This document shows positions 61,438 through 64,000 of a stretch of 64,000 nt of DNA, in pieces. The stretch spans positions 124,001-188,000 of IMG/VR virus record IMGVR_UViG_3300031521_001337. One strand, written 5' to 3'. The translations under genes were made by a program, and so were the position numbers. Numbering within the stretch: the stretch's first letter is position 1; each line of letters begins with the position of its first letter. The notes beneath the pieces were generated by a model, which was given only the letters and a program-made list of their open reading frames with translations, was not told the DNA's origin and searched no databases.

Positions 61438-63552
61438 TTATTTCTTTGATACTATATTCAATAGATTAGTATCATTTTTTATATCTATACTCATACCATC
61501 AACAATAAATTTTTCAGTTGGAAAAATACTATTTATTGTTAGTAATGAATACGGTTTAAATATATTAGCCAGCGTTATATTTAGTTTTTTGGCTGGTGTT
61601 GAATACTGATTCACATAAGACTGGATAATGTTGTATTCTTGTTTCTGGTCAATTCCTAAAGCCTTTGTTTTGATACTTTGATTGTATGTATAATCTGTAC
61701 CTATTTTTTGAATAACAGATGAATAATTCAATCCTTTATTTGTATCACTACATACTTTTAAATTCATATCAGAAAATTCATTTACAAACGCTGTATTGAT
61801 TACGTTTTTATATTCTGTATCTGTTTCCGCTTTTTTCTCACTTGTAGGTTTAACTAACTTGATGTCAAAATCTTTCAATCATACAGCACCACAAGTACCA
61901 CCCTTATATATTTCAGATGGTTCATATAATGAAAACTCAATATCACCGAATAACATATCTGCCTTTTTAATGGTTATTTTATTACCAACTTCATTTATAA
62001 ATGCTGTTGTATCAACTTCGTTTAATATGTTTTTCCAGTTGTTATAAAGATGTCCATCTTTGTATTCAAACTTAATTGGGAAAGTCATTTCAATATTAGT
62101 TCAATACTTTTGATAACCGTTCCAGTATTTATTTCCGATCTTTAATTTTGCATATAATAATACGTAAGTTGATAAATAATAATCACCTGTAGATGCTTTT
62201 TTACTTTCATCTATATAAGCTACATTAACCGCTGAATCCCAATAAGCAGAGCCACTAATTATTAAATAGTAATCATCATAAAAATAACTACCCTCATTGC
62301 TTGATGAATATTTCAGTACAACATTATTTGTACAGTCAAGCCAAGTTTGTAAAGGTAATGCGCCAGTTGGTGCAACATATCCAGACCTATAAAGACAAAC
62401 ATAATCAGAGAAACTAACAGAAGAACTTAATGCTACATTATTTTCATAGTTTGCCATTCTTACAAAGGATGCACCCTCTTTAGTTGATATTGTATCATAA
62501 TCAAGTTCGGTTAATTCAGACCAAGTACCACCAGTTTTATTATATGTTTTGTATTTATCATTTTTGAAATATTTAAACACATAGTTCTTACTTCCATAAG
62601 TTTTAGGAATAGAAGAAAACCAGTTTGTTGTTCCTGTTACTTTTGTAATGTTGGTTAGATCATCATCAGAAAAAAACTCTGGTATCAAACTATCATTTGT
62701 GCTTACACTGGTTTTAATGCTTACTTGATTATAAACCTCAGCTAATTCAATACTAGCACCATTCGATTTAAAACTTTCATTTGTAACATCTACTGTATTA
62801 CTTAATGTTGTGTAGCCAGTTGAATAATTCAACCAATTGTTTGCAGTAGTATAGGTATGATAGTTTACAAATCCACCTTTTATATAATCATAGTTCAATA
62901 TATAAACCTCATCACCATCTGCTACAATTGTATAGTTTAGGAATTGAAGAAGCTGTGTTAGTACTTCTTTGTATGTTATTGCTTCGTTATCATCAAAGAA
63001 ATTTTGCTCAGCTACGAGTAATTTATCTATGATTTTTTGATCTTCAAAGCCCGGTAAATAGTTGTTTTCATTCACGTATATTTTAGAATAGCAATTACAC
63101 TTTTTGATGATATGAATCAATAAATCTTCAAAGCTTTTTATCTTTCTGTTTACCAGATCAACCGTTTCAAATTTGTAATTGTCTAATGTACTCAAACCAT
63201 CTATTGCTTCAAGTTCAATACTTTCATAATGTTGTTCAAAGCCTTGTGTATATATGTTTGGTGTCAAGTAACCAACTCATTTAATCAGATTATTATCAAC
63301 ATCTTTCAAAGTCATTTTAGTACCTTGTGCAGTTGCTGAATAAAGGTTGAAATTGTAACTATCAGATATAATTGTACAAGTTGCATTTGATAATTTCAAC
63401 GGTTCGTAAATTGTACTATTTGTATTTAATTCGATTTTAAATGGTTCATCTGAGAAAATAATCTCAGATGTTCCACTATTACCATCATTCACATTTATAT
63501 CCACTTGATATAAAGTGTTACTTATATTTTTAAATTGTCCTGTGTAAATCAT
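61438..63552 (-). CDS. Siphovirus-like tail-tip protein (704 aa with TGA=Trp)
   Basis: Fragments 63277, 62101, 61879 and 61438 are in frame; MIYTGQFKN...EPF...[W]VGYLTPNIYTQ...ELEAIDGLSTL resembles the gene that follows the tape measure in Bacteroides siphophages and prophages. Confidence 0.7.
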
Positions 63553-63553
63553 A

Positions 63554-64000
63554 TTACTTTGCTTTGCTTTTTATATTATCATAGTTAGTTAGAACGCCTT
63601 TTAAATTCTTTCCCTCAATAATAAATTTTACTTCACTATTATTTGTTGTAGTTCAATTTATACCACCTTGACCATTTAAAAGAGCAAATAGTGTACTTTG
63701 TTGACCTTGATTTAATATCATTTCACCAGCATTTACTCTAGCTAGTATTTTATCACCAGAAATAGAACCACCTTGTACAATACCACCGTTTGCAAACTTT
63801 GGAATACTTGAAGCTAATATAGCACCTTGCATTACTCCAATTTGAGCCAATGCTAAACCTTCACCTACAAAGGGAATAAAAGCATAAGCTGCTGCTGTTT
63901 CTGCTGCCATAAGTCCAGTATAAGAAGCTGTTTCTGCAACATTGGTTGCAATTTTAGCTGCTGCTGTTCCCGCTTCAATTCCTGCTTGTGTTTGTTTTGC
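63554..64000 (-). CDS. C-terminus of a tape-measure-like protein (starts beyond the window)
   Basis: Ala-rich helix, IPFVG, IPKFANGGIV...GDKILARVNAGEMILNQGQQ..LF, then [TGA]...EVKFIIEGKNLKGVL.NY-TAA. Confidence 0.75.

Larger units (their letters stand above)
1..64000. other. Segment of a crAss-like (Crassvirales-type) phage genome with TGA=Trp recoding in late genes
   Basis: Virion RNAP with RIPAQ and GSDFDIDK motifs, crAss-type major capsid protein and neighbours, Bacteroidota-type TAnnTTTG promoter boxes. Consecutive ORF fragments are in frame and separated only by TGA. Confidence 0.93.

Noticed and set aside
1827-62047. Short antisense or alternate-frame track ORFs (e.g. 1827-2057, 8498-8680, 14024-14224, 17440-17889, 22939-23205, 25791-25982, 28052-28306, 32100-33191, 35418-36714, 39881-40402, 44733-44915, 49867-50163, 53243-53785, 54518-55841, 58860-59489, 61418-62047)
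   Set aside because: They lie inside well-supported genes on the other strand or frame, mostly start at TTG, and have no recognisable motifs; treated as shadow ORFs.
6458-64000. Massive pseudogenisation or sequencing errors explaining the fragmented ORFs
   Set aside because: The breaks I checked are all in-frame TGA, with no frameshifts or internal TAA/TAG, and several fall on conserved Trp positions.
5708-64000. TGA as Gly (code 25) or selenocysteine
   Set aside because: Motif contexts (GLAQW, GIWT, WNKAGG, GWHVP, QVWMA) require Trp, and TGAs are too frequent and not at Cys-like sites.

Overview
A 64-kb AT-rich segment of a crAss-like (Crassvirales-type, probably Bacteroidota-infecting) phage genome that uses two genetic codes. 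The + strand block at 1-5573 encodes DNA ligase, thioredoxin, an AEP-like protein, a metallophosphoesterase, ThyX and a DUF5664 dNTP diphosphohydrolase; all its Trp codons are TGG and it reads in standard code. From 5708 on, the late/virion genes use TGA as Trp, so the supplied ORF track fragments them or misses them. Re-read with TGA=W, the minus strand holds intact genes: four giant virion proteins (one with an SF1 helicase domain, a 2984-aa single-chain RNA polymerase with GSDFDIDK, a zincin-domain protein and a 1556-aa protein), further cargo proteins, tail/ring proteins, the major capsid protein, three free-standing homing endonucleases, an endolysin and a tail fibre. At the right end is a module resembling the tape-measure and tail-tip genes of long-tailed Bacteroidota phages. 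Most notable observations: (1) cysteines sit at exactly the six facing termini of the four otherwise Cys-poor giant proteins, suggesting a head-to-tail disulfide-linked ejection chain; (2) a siphovirus-like tail module sits next to a crAss capsid/RNAP module and is partly recoded; (3) a circularly permuted FISUMP domain; (4) a shared [FYHM]xxGG motif in cargo proteins; (5) a TTTAT-N24-TAnnTTTGT promoter motif; (6) a probable ATC/ATT start codon. No tRNA, CRISPR, terminase or portal gene was seen in the window. All family assignments are from motif recognition by eye, not database searches.
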